From Octopus bimaculoides (Eukaryota): a stretch of DNA of 62,399 nucleotides. The DNA is taken from positions 100,506,063-100,568,461 of the forward strand of contig NC_068984.1 in NCBI RefSeq assembly GCF_001194135.2, read 5' to 3'. The position numbers and the translations under genes are program-made. The notes beneath the pieces are model-generated. The model saw only the letters and a program-made list of their open reading frames with translations, did no database searches and was not told where the DNA came from. Below, in pieces: positions 39,313 through 52,317 of this stretch; the first letter of the stretch is position 1; each line of letters opens with the position of its first letter.

Positions 39313-40540
39313 AGGTTGAATTCAAGGGGAGATAATAACTAGAAATATGTTATACTCATAAATTAGCTGTAACTGGATTTTTTATAGTGTTTAAGATTTA
39401 GAGAGATTTATGTTAGATTAAATGTGCCCTGTCTATTCCTTTTAAGGTAACATTCTTTAATAAATTATTGGTTCCTGGTATATCCGTATCTAATACTACT
39501 ATAAAATTCTATTATAACTATATTTAACTATCTTCCTCATAAGCGTTTAAGAGATTACATTCTGGGGGGATTAATTTTATATATTTTTTATTTTATTATA
39601 CATAAAGTTTTTCTTATGTTGGCATTTTGTTTTCTCTCTCTTCAATACTGTTCAGTAATACCTCTCTCGACTGAAGCATTTCCATAAACTCTGTTGTGCA
39701 TAATAAGCACATTTTATTACCTATTCTATATGACTTCGCTCTACAAATGATATTCCAATTAAGGATGTATTCTATTTTATTAGATTTCAACTCCCATATG
39801 TAGTTACTTAGACCTGTCGAATTTATTAATTTGGGATTTTTGAAGGACTGATAATGGTGGGAAATTCAAATCCAAATGTAGGCTTAATAATAATTGTAAC
39901 CTAGATAATATAATTTACAAATGTAAAGTAACCTCTAATAATAATAAGAAGAAAGAATATATAGGTTCCACAGCGAACGAAATTAAAAGAATTTCCCAAC
40001 ATAATCAGGCGTTCAAAAATCCCAAATTAATAAATTCGACAGGTCTAAGTAAATACACATGAGAGTTGAAACCTATTAAAATAGAATACACCCTTAACTG
40101 GAATATCGTTTGTAGAGCGAAGTCAAATAGCATAGGTAATAAAATGTGCTTATTATGCACAACAAAGTTTATGAAAATACTTCAGTCGAGAGAGGTATTA
40201 CTGAACAGTATTGAAGAGAGAGAAAACAAAATGCTGATATAAGAATAACTTTACGTATAATAAAATGAAAAATATATAAAATTAATCCCCCCAGTATGTA
40301 ATCTCTTAAACACTTATGAGGAAAATAGTTAAATGTAGTTATAATAGAATTTTATAGTAGTATTAGATACGTATATACCAGGAACCAAGAATTTATTAAA
40401 GAATGTTACCTTAAAAGGAATAGACAGGCCACATTTAATCTAACATAAACCTCTAAATCTGAAACACTAAAAAATCCAGTTACAGCTAGATTTAAGAGTA
40501 TAACATATTTCTAGTTATTATCTCCCCTTGAATTCAACCT
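39313..40540. mobile_element. 5'-truncated PLE (Neptune-like GIY-YIG) with an inverted 3' duplicate, forming a ~550-bp inverted repeat
   Basis: Arms 39313-39867 and 39989-40540, spacer 121 bp. The plus-strand frame from 39907 reads NIIYKCKVTSNNNKKKEYIGST..KRISQHNQAFKNPKLINSTGLSKYT*ELK...WNIVCRAKS...KMCLLCT, stop at 40242. Confidence 0.9.
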
Positions 40541-40789
40541 CTCTAATATTATTAGTCTTAGAGAATTTTTCAGAGTATTTTATTTTATGTTATTCCCATA
40601 ATACTTAGCGCATGACAGAGGGAGCTGCCATTTACACAGGAACGAGGAGGGGTAAAAATTATATCGATAAGTATTCTTCCATTGTTAATTTTTTTACTAG
40701 ATTTTTTTACAAGTTTTATTCAATAAATTTATAACGTATATAGTGGTTTTTACTAAATAATCTTTTTAAAGTGGGGTGCACGGTAACAA

Positions 40790-41300
40790 GCTAAAGAGGG
40801 GATGAGAAAGGAAAAAGGAAGGTGATAAAGTGAGGGAGCGTGGCTGGGAGAAAAAGAGATTAAAGGAATTGAGATGGAGAATTCAAACCCAAAGCATATA
40901 TGTTTGGAGAGAGAAAATGAGGTCCTATTCCCTTTCAAGACGAGTGGTAGGATATCTGATGGGTGAGAGAAGTCACGCCAAAGACCGGGAGGTGTTAGGT
41001 GAAATGGTCAGTGGAGCGAAAATGTAATGACAGGCGACCTGTTGTCAAGTCGGGTAGCTCTGAGATGTTCCGTGACCTGTCACCCAGTAGGCGGTCGGGT
41101 CGCCCGATATGAAATATAGAAGAATTTAGTTAGATAGGGAACAGTAGATGAAAGTATATAAGTGAAGGGTAGTGAGTGACTAATAGTGTTTTGATGGGGG
41201 TGGAGCATTACTTGTAGCTTATTCCTCTGTAAGTAAAGTGAAGTGACATAAATATATAATTCTTTTAACGAATACGGAAGGGTAGCTATAAAGTCATGAA
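40790..41300 (-). mobile_element. Decayed Poseidon-like PLE GIY-YIG fragment
   Basis: Minus-strand HIGRP..LLGDR / TEHLRATRLDNRSPV, similar to the 24800-25020 copy. Frameshifted. Confidence 0.7.
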
Positions 41301-41599
41301 TAATGTAGATAATATTGAGATGCATAAGCCTATAATTAAATGTTTATAAATTTGTTGAAGAAACAAGAGAAGAAGAATGCTTCCACTTTTAGCAGTAATA
41401 TATACACTGGGTGGGGTGTGAAATAATGAGTCGATTTTCCCCAATTTTGAAAACAATGTCACATAAAAACCAATATGTATTAGTTAACATGGAATTACAA
41501 TCTCAAAAAGTGCATCATGATTCTGATGAGAACGCATGAAGATTGAGAGGCAATTTTGAATGCGCGTTTCATATACACATAATCATATTTGACTGAATC

Positions 41600-42750
41600 T
41601 GAAATTTCTATATTTGGTTGGGCATAATATGTCATCCACAAATGGAGCAAAATTCAGAGCAGTATTTGGATGAAAGTATAACAAATAGTAGGTTAATGTT
41701 GAAAACAATCGGTAAAGAAACATGTGAGAGACATCCGAAGTAAAAGAAAAGACTCAATCTTCATTAAAATAAAGAAAACAACAGTATTCATATTTACAGA
41801 ACAACAGTCATTTGCAAGGTTAAATTCACCATGAAAATGTCCCCATTCGGTACACGGAGCCCAGATTAAGCTGCACATTTTTCGCAGAACTCTTGGTTAA
41901 CATCTGTTCCCCTTGGAATACACGTAACCAAACATAATCATTATAAATGTCACACAGCAACCAAACCTCGTTCCCCCCGCCTTTGTATCTGCTCCAGAGT
42001 CTCTTGCAGATGGAGCACTCAGCATCCTCTTCCTCTGAATCATCTGCACTACCATGCTCACCATCACTATTGTTATACTCTGTACCACTTGTTTTCTGAC
42101 ATTTTGGAGCAAGTGACTTTCTTTCCTTTCCACTCTTAGACTTTTGTTGCTTCTTTAGTGCATTTTCTCTCTTTTCCTCTTGAAATAACGATGCAATCGT
42201 CTTACCGCTCCATTGATTTTGTGTAAATATCAATAGTTACATGTAACAATGCTGATAAAACACTTTAACATTCTGCCACATATTTGTAGAGTGTGGAAGA
42301 CTTCTTTAAATCTTCATTTCTTCTATTTATAGAACTCTGCGTCCTATGTCTTAAGTGATCCATTATACCCTCCCCCACCGCAAGTGACCTATTATGCCCC
42401 ACTTTTGAATTTCCTTAAATTTCAGAATTTCCAAGGATATTTTCTTTGCCCAACATAATATAGGCAAAGAGGATACTTTGAGCGTACCTCTAGCAAAAAA
42501 TGGGGGAAAAAAAACAAAAAAACTAGATCTGCAGTACTTCTGTTTTAGCTTTGCAAAGTCTTGTTTGATGATAAAAAAATTGGTTGGTCTAATGACTTGA
42601 AAAGGAGTCACGAGGAGGAACACAACGTTTATATTAGCAGGAAAGATGATACAATTCATTATGGCTACATCATACTTCCTGGTTTGGAGTTGAGAGAAAA
42701 ATGATGAAAATCTGGCAAGTGGCCTATTATGTTACCGCTCCCCAATCTCG
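41600..42750 (-). mobile_element. Probable internally deleted pogo-like DNA transposon with C-terminal PHD-like finger
   Basis: ORF 41826-42233: basic-then-acidic linker, then ECSICKRLW..EVWLLCDIYND. Motif GGGCATAATAGG(T/C)CACTTGC repeated at ~42380-42400 and ~42715-42740 (minus), with an inverted GGGCATAATATG at ~41620. Confidence 0.55.
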
Positions 42751-42999
42751 TAAAAAAATAAATTGGTTGGTCACTACAAGTGATATTAGACCAGAAATTA
42801 GGTTACCAGCCGTCTTGTAAGTAAATTGTATCTGAGGAATAAAAAAGGAGAAGAGATAGAATGAAAACAGGAGGCAGAAAGAAGAAAAGAAAGAGAGGAA
42901 GATGAAGAAGGAAGAGGAGAAAGCAGAACAGGAGGAGCATATGAAAAGAAAAGAGTATATGAAGGAAAAGTATGTTCACTAAATTCTAACACTTAGAAA

Positions 43000-43490
43000 G
43001 AGACCTATTTTGAGATTATGGCCTCTTGCTGTTGAATAATTGTAAATTATTGAGGACTGTCAAAATCAGAAAGGACTAACATGTATTCTTCAAGGTACTA
43101 CTTTCATTGTTGAATCCAGTTTTCACAAGGTAGACTTCCAAGATGTAACGTTTGACTACTCTATTGAACCTTATAGTCCTCTTAATAAACAAGATAGCCA
43201 TCAAACGATATGCACTTCGTCTGTGATCAATCCTAAGATATAATTGATAATTTAGCTAAGACTAATTCGCTTAGAATTTCCAACTTCTTGGCTAATACAA
43301 ATCTTTAATGAAACAACACCATACTATAACGAAGCCCTAGAAGCAGTCATAAAGAGAAAATTTACTACGTAGCGTCTATCACTCATTAACAGTAGAAATA
43401 GAACAATGAAGTACAATTTATCATTTATCTTAACTGTTGTTAATAAAAAAGCTGGACCAGTCTTCCACCTCCTTAGAAAACACTGCATAT
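43000..43490 (+). mobile_element. Decayed Neptune-like PLE RT C-terminal fragment
   Basis: KVDFQDVTFDYSIEPYSPLNK, FNETTPYYNEALE, RNR, FHLLRKH (cf. VDFLDVTFDL, YNEAL, FLxLLxKHF). Confidence 0.75.
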
Positions 43491-43894
43491 ATATCCCAGA
43501 TATTTTAGAAATTTTAACAAAATACTAATATATTATATTATAAAATATTATATTATATCATATTATACCATTTTTTCACAAAACTTGGTTTCCAGATACC
43601 CACAAAAAAGCTCGACTTTACTAATTACTGGAATATATACAGGAATATTGATTGTAACTGCATTAACCCCTCAGACTTAATGACATAGTCTATCAATGCA
43701 AATGCTATCACTAATAATTCGACACGTTTAACGGTATCTCATAACACATTATATCCTTTATATTCAACATTTCCTTCAATTTAAACTTCCTTTATCTGTA
43801 ATAAGAACACCCTTGTTTACAAATAGCCTCTTCCATTTTCAACCGACCACTCTTAATATTGGTACAAGGTCAGTAATTTCGAAAGAATTAATGG

Positions 43895-45625
43895 CAAAGT
43901 CAACACTTTGTCCGGCGTGCTAACAACTCTGCCAGCTCACCGCCTTAACAACTGGTAATATTGATTTCAAAGTTTGGCACAAGTCCAGCATTTTCAGGGC
44001 TGGGAGTTAGTCGATTATACTTATTTTATCGACTCCGAAAGGATGAAAGACGAAGACGACCTTCGTGGAATTTGAACCCAGAACATGAAGACGGACGAAA
44101 TGTCATTAAACATTTCGCCCGGTGTGTTAACGATTCTGCCAGCTCACCGCCTTAACAACTCATGATATTGGTTTCAAATTTTTGGCACAAGGTCAGTAAC
44201 ATCTGGGGAAGGGGGAAGTTGATCAGATCGACCCCAGTACTTGACTGGTGCTTAATTTATCGACCCTGAAAGGATGAAAGGTAAAGTCAACCTCGATGGA
44301 ATTTGAACTCAGAACGTAACCCCTAACCTGGCGTTCCGTTGGTTACGACGACGAGTGTTTCAGTTGATCTGTTCAACGGAACAGCTTGCTCATAAAATTA
44401 ACGAGTAAGTGGCTGAGCATTCCACAGACATGCGAACCCTTAAGGTAGTTCTCAGGGAGATTCAGCGTGACACAATGTAACAAGGTTGGCCCTTTGAAAT
44501 ATAGGTACTACTCAGTTTTGCCAGCTGAGTGGACTGGAGCAATGTGAAATAAAGTGTCTTTCTCAAGGACACAACGCGTCGCCCGGAATTGAACTCACGA
44601 CCAAACGATCATGAACCGAATACTCTAACTATTAAGCTATGCACCTTCACTCAGAACGTAAAAAATGGACGAAATGTCGCTAAGCATTTTACCAGGCGTG
44701 CTAACGATTCTTATTTCTTTATTGCCCACAAGGGGCTAAACATAGAAGGGACAAACAAGGACAGACAGAGGGATTAAGTCGATTACATCAACCCCAGTGC
44801 GTAACTGGTACTTAATTTATCGACCTCGAAAGGATGAAGGGCAAAGTCGACCTCGGCTGAATTTGAACTCAGAACGTAACGGCAGACGAAATACCGATAA
44901 GCATTTCGCCCGGCGCGCTAACGTTTCTGCCAGCTCACCGCCTTTTGATTCCAGTTTCTCTCGGACGAATCTTTATAACCGTTTGATGTTTTTTTAAAAA
45001 ATCCTTTGTCTTTTACTTGTTTCAGTNNNNNNNNNNGAGCTGGCAGAAACGGGGTCGGTTTATTTGACTAAATATTCTTCAAAGCGGAGCCCCAGCATGA
45101 CCGCAGTCGAATGACTGAAACAAGTAAAAGACAAAGGATTTTTTAAAAAAACATCAAACGGTTATAAAGATTCGTCCGAGAGAAACTGGAATCAAAAGGC
45201 GGTGAGCTGGCAGAAACGTTAGCGCGCCGGGCGAAATGCTTATCGGTATTTCGTCTGCCGTTACGTTCTGAGTTCAAATTCAGCCGAGGTCGACTTTGCC
45301 TTTCATCCTTTCGGGGTCGATAAATTAAGTACTAGTTACGCACTGGGTCGATGTAATCGACTTAGTCCTTTTGTCTGTCCTTGTGTGTCCCCTCTATGTT
45401 TAGCCTCTTGTAGGCAATAAAGAAATAAGAAACGTTTGCACGCCGGGCGAAATGCTTAGCGGTATTTCGGCCGTCTTCACGTTCTGAGTTCAAATTCCGT
45501 CGAGGTCGACTTTGCCTTTCATCCTTTCAGAGTCGTTAAGTACCAGTTGCGTACTGGAGTCGATCTAATCGACTGGCACCCTCCCCCTAAATTTCGGGCC
45601 TTGTGCCTAGAGTAGAAAAGAATAT
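43895..45625. mobile_element. Dense SINE family B cluster (minus copies to 44942, plus copies from 45197) containing a family C SINE at 44325-44650
   Basis: Repeated family B head and body. The C-type copy has a CORE-like TGTGTCCTTGAGAAAGACACTT segment on the minus strand. Confidence 0.88.
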
Positions 45626-46289
45626 TAACACTTGAACAGATCGTATTAATTACCACATGATGAAACGTTATTCTTTTCCGAAGCCTAGCGCAACGATAAA
45701 ATTCATTTATAAGTCTGTGGTTAACCTGAAGCTAGGTTAGACTAATACTTGCCTAAGGTGCGACGGAGTAGGGATGAACCAGAAAACTTCGTAGTACAAC
45801 GCTATCTTTATAAACATACAGCCTGATCTACGTTGCAGTTGAGATGAGCAAACCCATGATGAAATGCGCTTTAGCTCTATCCCATATTTTTGTGGACCTA
45901 GTACCTATATTATCTTATGTGTCCTTGTGTTTTTTAAAGCAGTAAAATAGGTTTGGAAGGAATCTGATTGCTTTTTCGAACAACTGCGAAGACTTTCCTT
46001 GGTAAGCTTGTTAATTTTAGTGTCTTTGCGTTCCAGAAAACCAGAAAGCTATATTTAGGAGGAAGAAAGAAGACAAGAAGTAACGAGACAACAGAATGTG
46101 TTGTTTGTTGTTTGTTGCTTGGGTTTAACAAATTAAAATATCTTTCGACGCTTCACAAAACCAATCTAGACTGCTTTACTCGTTCATCTCCCACTTCTTT
46201 CTCCACCACAAATCTTACACCTACGGAAAAAAAAAAGAAAAGCAAAACAATTAATCAGCCAGACTAATTTATCATTTCTATCAATAAGC

Positions 46290-46405
46290 TAACAGCAACA
46301 ACAAAAAAAGAAAAGAAAAAAAAAGAGAAGCAACAGCTATAACGACAATAGCAGCAGCAGTGACAGGCGACAACGGTAACGCCACGACCACCACAGGACG
46401 ACCCC

Positions 46406-46445
<40 letters not shown>

Positions 46446-46485
46446 CACTACTACTACTACTACTATTACTACCACCACCACCACC

Positions 46486-46538
<53 letters not shown>

Positions 46539-46635
46539 CAACAACAACAATAACAACAATACTATAACAGCAACATCAGCAATAGTTGCAAGAGTAGCAG
46601 CAATGACTATGACACCAGCAGCGGTAGCATCATCA
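46290..46635. repeat. Trinucleotide mosaic (CTA/CCA/CAA/GCA)
   Basis: Direct inspection. Source of the poly-T and poly-V ORFs. Confidence 0.9.
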
Positions 46636-46884
46636 ACAAGTATCCCAAAATTGACTTAAACATTATGGTCAGCTCATTTGGTCGATCCTCTTTCCAGAAA
46701 TAGTAGCTGAATCTATATCAAATCACACCTTACCATGTTAAATGAGGGAAAACAAAAGTGCATTAATTGAATAATGGAGTCCTAGATATATTTTATTTGA
46801 AAAATGTTAGAATGGTGATGACTGTAACGTCTTTTACCAAAGGCCTGTTTAATCAGAGTTGACCTGGGGTTGAATAACAACAAC

Positions 46885-47885
46885 AACAATAATAATGATT
46901 TCAAATTTTGCACAAGGCCAGAAATTGGGGAAAGCGGGTTAGTCGATTGCACCGACTTCAATATTCAACTGGTACTTATTTTATCGACTCCGAATGGATG
47001 AAAGGTAAGGTGATCTCGGCAGAATTTGAACTCAGAACGTGACCACAATAACAATAATAATGATAAGGATTTTAAATTTCGGCACAAGGGGATGGGTAAG
47101 ACGATTACATCTATCCCAGTGCTCAACAGGTACTTATTTTATCGAACTGGAAAGGACCAAAGGCAAAGACGACCTCAGCCGAATTTGAATTCAGAACATA
47201 AAGACGGACGAAATGCCGCTAAGCACTTCCTTTGGCACACAAACGATTCTGTCAGCTCACCGCCTTAGCAGCAATAATAACAATCCTTTCTACTACAGTT
47301 ACAAGGCTTGGAATTTTAGAGAGCGGGGGGGCTCATCGATTACATCGACCCCAGTGTTCAACTGATGGTTGTTTCATCGACCTCGAAAGGATGAAAGTAA
47401 CGATAATATCATTGCAGTAAACATCAATTCATACCCGTCGCTTAAGGGGTGCACTGGACGGCACTACCCCCTCACTATTCAATTATGCACCTTCAGGTTT
47501 ACAGTGATGCACTTATTTCGAAATTCCAAATTAGTACCCATCTAGAATATTCTGAAGCACCCTAAGTCACTAAAGTCTGGTGACGGACCTGCATCAATAA
47601 CAAAAATATCAACAAAAGATTAACAAAAGATGCAGTAAAGTCATTGTATCCCAAGATATGACCAAAAATATCTATTACATCACATGTCTGAGAAAAATAT
47701 TACACAAGAAATCGACAGCAGTTTAGAACTATTTTGGGCTTCTGATTCAGTCGCAAGGCCACCAGTTCTGAGAGGAGGAGATCAGTCGATATCATCGACC
47801 CTAGTAATTGAATGCCAATCTATTTTATTAATCTCAAAATGATGAAAGATTAAATTGACCTCGGCGAGAGTTGAACTCAGAATGT
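46885..47885 (-). mobile_element. Tandem degenerate SINE family B copies separated by (AAT)n/(CAA)n
   Basis: Copies at ~46890-47040, 47065-47225, 47285-47400 and 47735-47885. Confidence 0.8.
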
Positions 47886-47989
47886 AAATAGTAAAATGTC
47901 ATTCAAGTTACAACGTTATTACCTTCCAATGCAGCATGTTACATAATGCCATCTGTTTGGGTAAATATAACGCATGCTTGCTTGCTGCT

Positions 47990-48600
47990 TGCTTGTTTCA
48001 TGCTCTTGCCTGATGGGGCTGGGGTCATCCCAGATCAGTGGTCTCAGAGATGTCATCATGCGTAAAGCTGGCCATTCCACCAGTGATCTCCATCGCTGGC
48101 GGTCCCCGTGCCAGACCCTCTGCATTCTTCAAGGTGATGTTGAGCTTCTGGAGACTTACCCCAATTATGTCCAGTCATCTGGTGCGGAGCTTGTCACGCG
48201 GCCTCTTCCAGCACGCAGTTGCTAATGTCGAATGAGAGAGTAAAGCCTTGGTAGGATTATCTAGCGGGAGACAGAGCACATGTCCGTACCAGCGCATGAG
48301 ACGGATAGCTATGAGGTGGCAGGCTGTGGGCTTACACGTGCGCGCACGCAGTTCTTTGTTGGAAACGTAATGGTACCATCTGATGTTCTCGATGACTCTC
48401 AGGGCTCTGCTATCGCAGCCGGCGATCCTCTTTGCCAGGGTCTTCGAGAGGGGCTACATTTCTACTCCATAGAGGAGAATGGAAAAGGCCGATGCGTTGT
48501 AAATGCGGAGTTTCGTCTTCCGGGAAATACAACAGTAGCGCCAAACGGGCATCCATAGGGAGTACAAAGCTCCTGGAATCTGCACCCTGGAGATCTTGAA
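47990..48600 (-). mobile_element. RTE-type LINE RT C-terminus / 3' end
   Basis: ISRKTKLRIYNASAFSILLYGVE..L...LAKRIAGCDSRALR.I..IRW...VSNKELR...RLMRWYGHV...KRPR...DRQRWR. Confidence 0.88.
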
Positions 48601-50989
48601 GGCGGGCAAAATAAACATGGCCCAGTGGCTCACTCGCATTATCAACTATCTATGGGTATCAGAATGACTCCCAAATAACTGGACCCAAATGTATGTATGT
48701 ATGTATGTATGTATGTATGTGTTTGTTTCCTACAGTCGCTTGATAATCGATGCTAGTTTGTTTTTGTCCTCGTAACTTGGCGGTCCGGTAAAAAAGACCG
48801 ATAGTAAAAGTACCAGGGTTTATATATATATATATATATANNNNNNNNNNNNNNNNNNNNNNNNNNNNNNNNNNNNNNNNNNNNNNNNNNNNNNNNNNNN
48901 NNNNNNNNNNNNNNNNNNNNNNNNNNNNNNNNNNNNNNNNNNNNNNNNNNNNNNNNNNNNNNNNNNNNNNNNNNNNNNNNNNNNNNNNNNNNNNNNNNNN
49001 NNNNNNNNNNNNNNNNNNNNNNNNNNNNNNNNNNNNNNNNNNNNNNNNNNNNNNNNNNNNNNNNNNNNNNNNNNNNNNNNNNNNNNNNNNNNNNNNNNNN
49101 NNNNNNNNNNNNNNNNNNNNNNNNNNNNNNNNNNNNNNNNNNNNNNNNNNNNNNNNNNNNNNNNNNNNNNNNNNNNNNNNNNNNNNNNNNNNNNNNNNNN
49201 NNNNNNNNNNNNNNNNNNNNNNNNNNNNNNNNNNNNNNNNNNNNNNNNNNNNNNNNNNNNNNNNNNNNNNNNNNNNNNNNNNNNNNNNNNNNNNNNNNNN
49301 NNNNNNNNNNNNNNNNNNNNNNNNNNNNNNNNNNNNNNNNNNNNNNNNNNNNNNNNNNNNNNNNNNNNNNNNNNNNNNNNNNNNNNNNNNNNNNNNNNNN
49401 NNNNNNNNNNNNNNNNNNNNNNNNNNNNNNNNNNNNNNNNNNNNNNNNNNNNNNNNNNNNNNTAAATATATATAATTTATATAAAGGGCATTAACTGTGT
49501 AGTAATGCCTCACGCTTCGAGGGACTAAATAAGTCAAAAACTACCAAAAAATAAGCAACATATTTACCGAAAGCGAGGGAATGCAGCTTTCAAAATTTAT
49601 CTCTTAAAAACATTTCACTTAATGGTAAACCACTGGTTTCTCAATCAATACAGAATAACTGTGAAGTAACCGGCATCTTTTGTTCATCAGTGCACGTATG
49701 GTCGAGATACATAAAAATAAACAAGAATCAACATACCACGATGTACCCAACACAGTACGATGACTTCTGTTCATAATTATATATCCGTGAAAGAGATTTA
49801 AATTTATCCGGTTGCATCTCAGTAACATGTGCTTATACAGAATAATATTCAGCACTGAATATATTCTAATTATTTCCCTTTATATATATATATATAGGTG
49901 CTGGGTTCAATTCGTTCGTCCAAACCTTTCAGAGTTTGCCCTAACATGGTTGTAGACCAATGATCAATGACTGAAACAAGTAAAAGATAAAAGATAAAAA
50001 AAAAAGAAAAGGAATTGAAAGCTTAGTTGAATGTACTTTTAACGCTGAGATGGGTTTGCTGGGGAAAACAAAACAAAAGAATGCACCAAATAAAGACATT
50101 TAAACACGTGTGAACTGTGAGTGAAATTAACCAGTTTTACTCTTCCATTTTCTCAATTAGTGTCGCACTGCAATGCTCAAGGCTCTGATTAAAATTGCAA
50201 TATTTCAATGGACATTCGTGAGAATAGTTGTAATTATGGCATGATTTTCTTTACCTTTTTGTCTTTTCATTTTAAATCAAACATTCAAAATTAATTATAT
50301 TTCATTTTGTTTTGTCGAAATAACGTTTTGTCATTAGTTTCTTGATTTTTAACCTGTTTCTGTTTAACTTTGAAGGGTGACGGGGAGAGGGGAACTATAT
50401 TTTTCTTACAAGGGGTGATGGTGTGAAAGAACTAAAGTGCAACTGGGAAACACAGAAAACCTGAGAGCATTTATGCGATCTGTACGCCTGCTAGAAATAC
50501 TAGCCAAACTTCATTTGAATTGCACCATATCGTCTTGAAAAGAGAGGGACACATTGGAACATAGACCCTTCCTTAAAGATAGGAAAAAAGATGTGGTAGA
50601 AATGAATGGAATGTCTTTGACCATAATGCTGGTCAATGAGGGATGGCCGAGAGCTAAAAAAAGCAACAGCGACAAAACAACAATTGCAACAGTAACAACA
50701 ACAAAAGCAGCAGCGGAATCAGAAGAATCAGCCACAACAATAAGAACTGAAACAGCAAGGGGCCCAGTGTTACTGTGTGCAGAGTGAGTGAGATCAACCA
50801 TAGATATGGTGTCACAATTTTTATAATTGGACCCCATGTAATAATAAGGTGTTAGTATAGTCTATCCAGGAGACATGAACCAGCATATGACTGGTACTTA
50901 TTCTATCGACTGCTGGACCTAGTATTTATTAGCTATACAGCAGTAATTAAATATAGGTGCCCAATAACTTTACACTAAGGAGTGGAACA

Positions 50990-51240
50990 TGCAATTTTCT
51001 ATAAGCCAGACCACTTCATGATCCCAGCAGACAAGATAAAAAGGGCGTTGCCCCAGATGATGGCGAGGGAGATGCGCTGGAACAGCCACTCTGACACACG
51101 GGGTTCGCATTTGTGAACAACCATCTCCGCCTCGATAGCGGTGAGCAGGAATATGGTCCAGGGGCCGACAACACCGGTAGTTTCCACAGCGACAGGCTCG
51201 ACCATGAATCTGTGACTGATGATGCTCAACTAGTTCTACC
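50990..51240 (-). mobile_element. CRE/R2-group non-LTR element, restriction-like endonuclease C-terminus
   Basis: ORF 50999-51229 EPVAVETTGVVGP...EPRVSEWLFQRISLAIIWGNA (cf. PxAVETxGxWG...FLFQRLSVAIQRGNA). Confidence 0.8.
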
Positions 51241-52317
51241 AACTGGTCATGAGAATAAAATGGCGGAGACATTGGACAATGTAGTTCTAAATATACAAAA
51301 AATATGGACTGATCACGTCTGGACTGTCATTGGTCATTCAAGGCAGATCTGGGATTCAACAACAATAATGTATGACATATGACCCAGAATTACCGTCTGT
51401 GCCACTCCACATTGTAAGAGGACTTTTACAGTGGTTGTAATAGTGGTGATAGCAGCCTCTGCTGTTGCGGTGGTAGTGGTTGTGATGGTAATGATGACTG
51501 AGCTGAGAGCGATGGTATTTAAGACAATGGTGATGATGAAAGAACCACATGATTGGGGGATGCTGATATGATGCTGATGTCCTAATGCTGTGTTGCTCAT
51601 AATGGTGACTGTGAGGACTGAAAATGGGAGGACTGAAATTGCTGTTTGTTAAAGATGACTAAACATTTAACTTGCCCAACACCATGGCGAATGGTAAAAA
51701 ACAATTACACGGACGAAAATTCTGTCCTGTCTTCTAATCAATAAAGAGGCCGGCCGGGCAACCAATTTTCACTAATAGATATCGCTGGGCTCTGGTATTT
51801 GCCAGTGGGAGAACCGCTTTGCTAATGACATAGCCTTTTTGTAGCCCCTACTTTGAGACTAATTTGATGTAGACAAGTCCCTAGACAGCGTTTTCCCCTT
51901 CTCCTGCCAAGAATCCATCTCTCCAGAGCCAGAACCAGATTACCACTCTAGTTGTTAAATCCTCATTATTGCAGGTCACAAAGGTTCATAAAGATCCACT
52001 CAAAGGTCACTGGCGAAGGGGTTAGGTGTTACAAAAATTTAGTGATAGCGATGGTGGTGGGGGTCAGTTGTTGATGATGGTGATGGTAATGAACGTAGGG
52101 GTTATTATTGTGGTGGTAATGATAATGATAATGATGATGATGATGCTGATGTGATGGTCGTGGTTGGTGTTAAACGTAGTATTGTATCGATGGCATAAAG
52201 AAATATATGAATATATAAAATATATTATAATATATAAAATGTATTATAATATATAGAATGTATTATCATAATATATAATATAGTTTTGTTGTTGTTGTTA
52301 TTATTATTGTTTATATA

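Noticed and set aside
39060-40770. Very AT-rich block first suspected to be a mitochondrial insertion (NUMT)
   Set aside because: It translates to a PLE GIY-YIG endonuclease. No mitochondrial gene or tRNA is recognisable.
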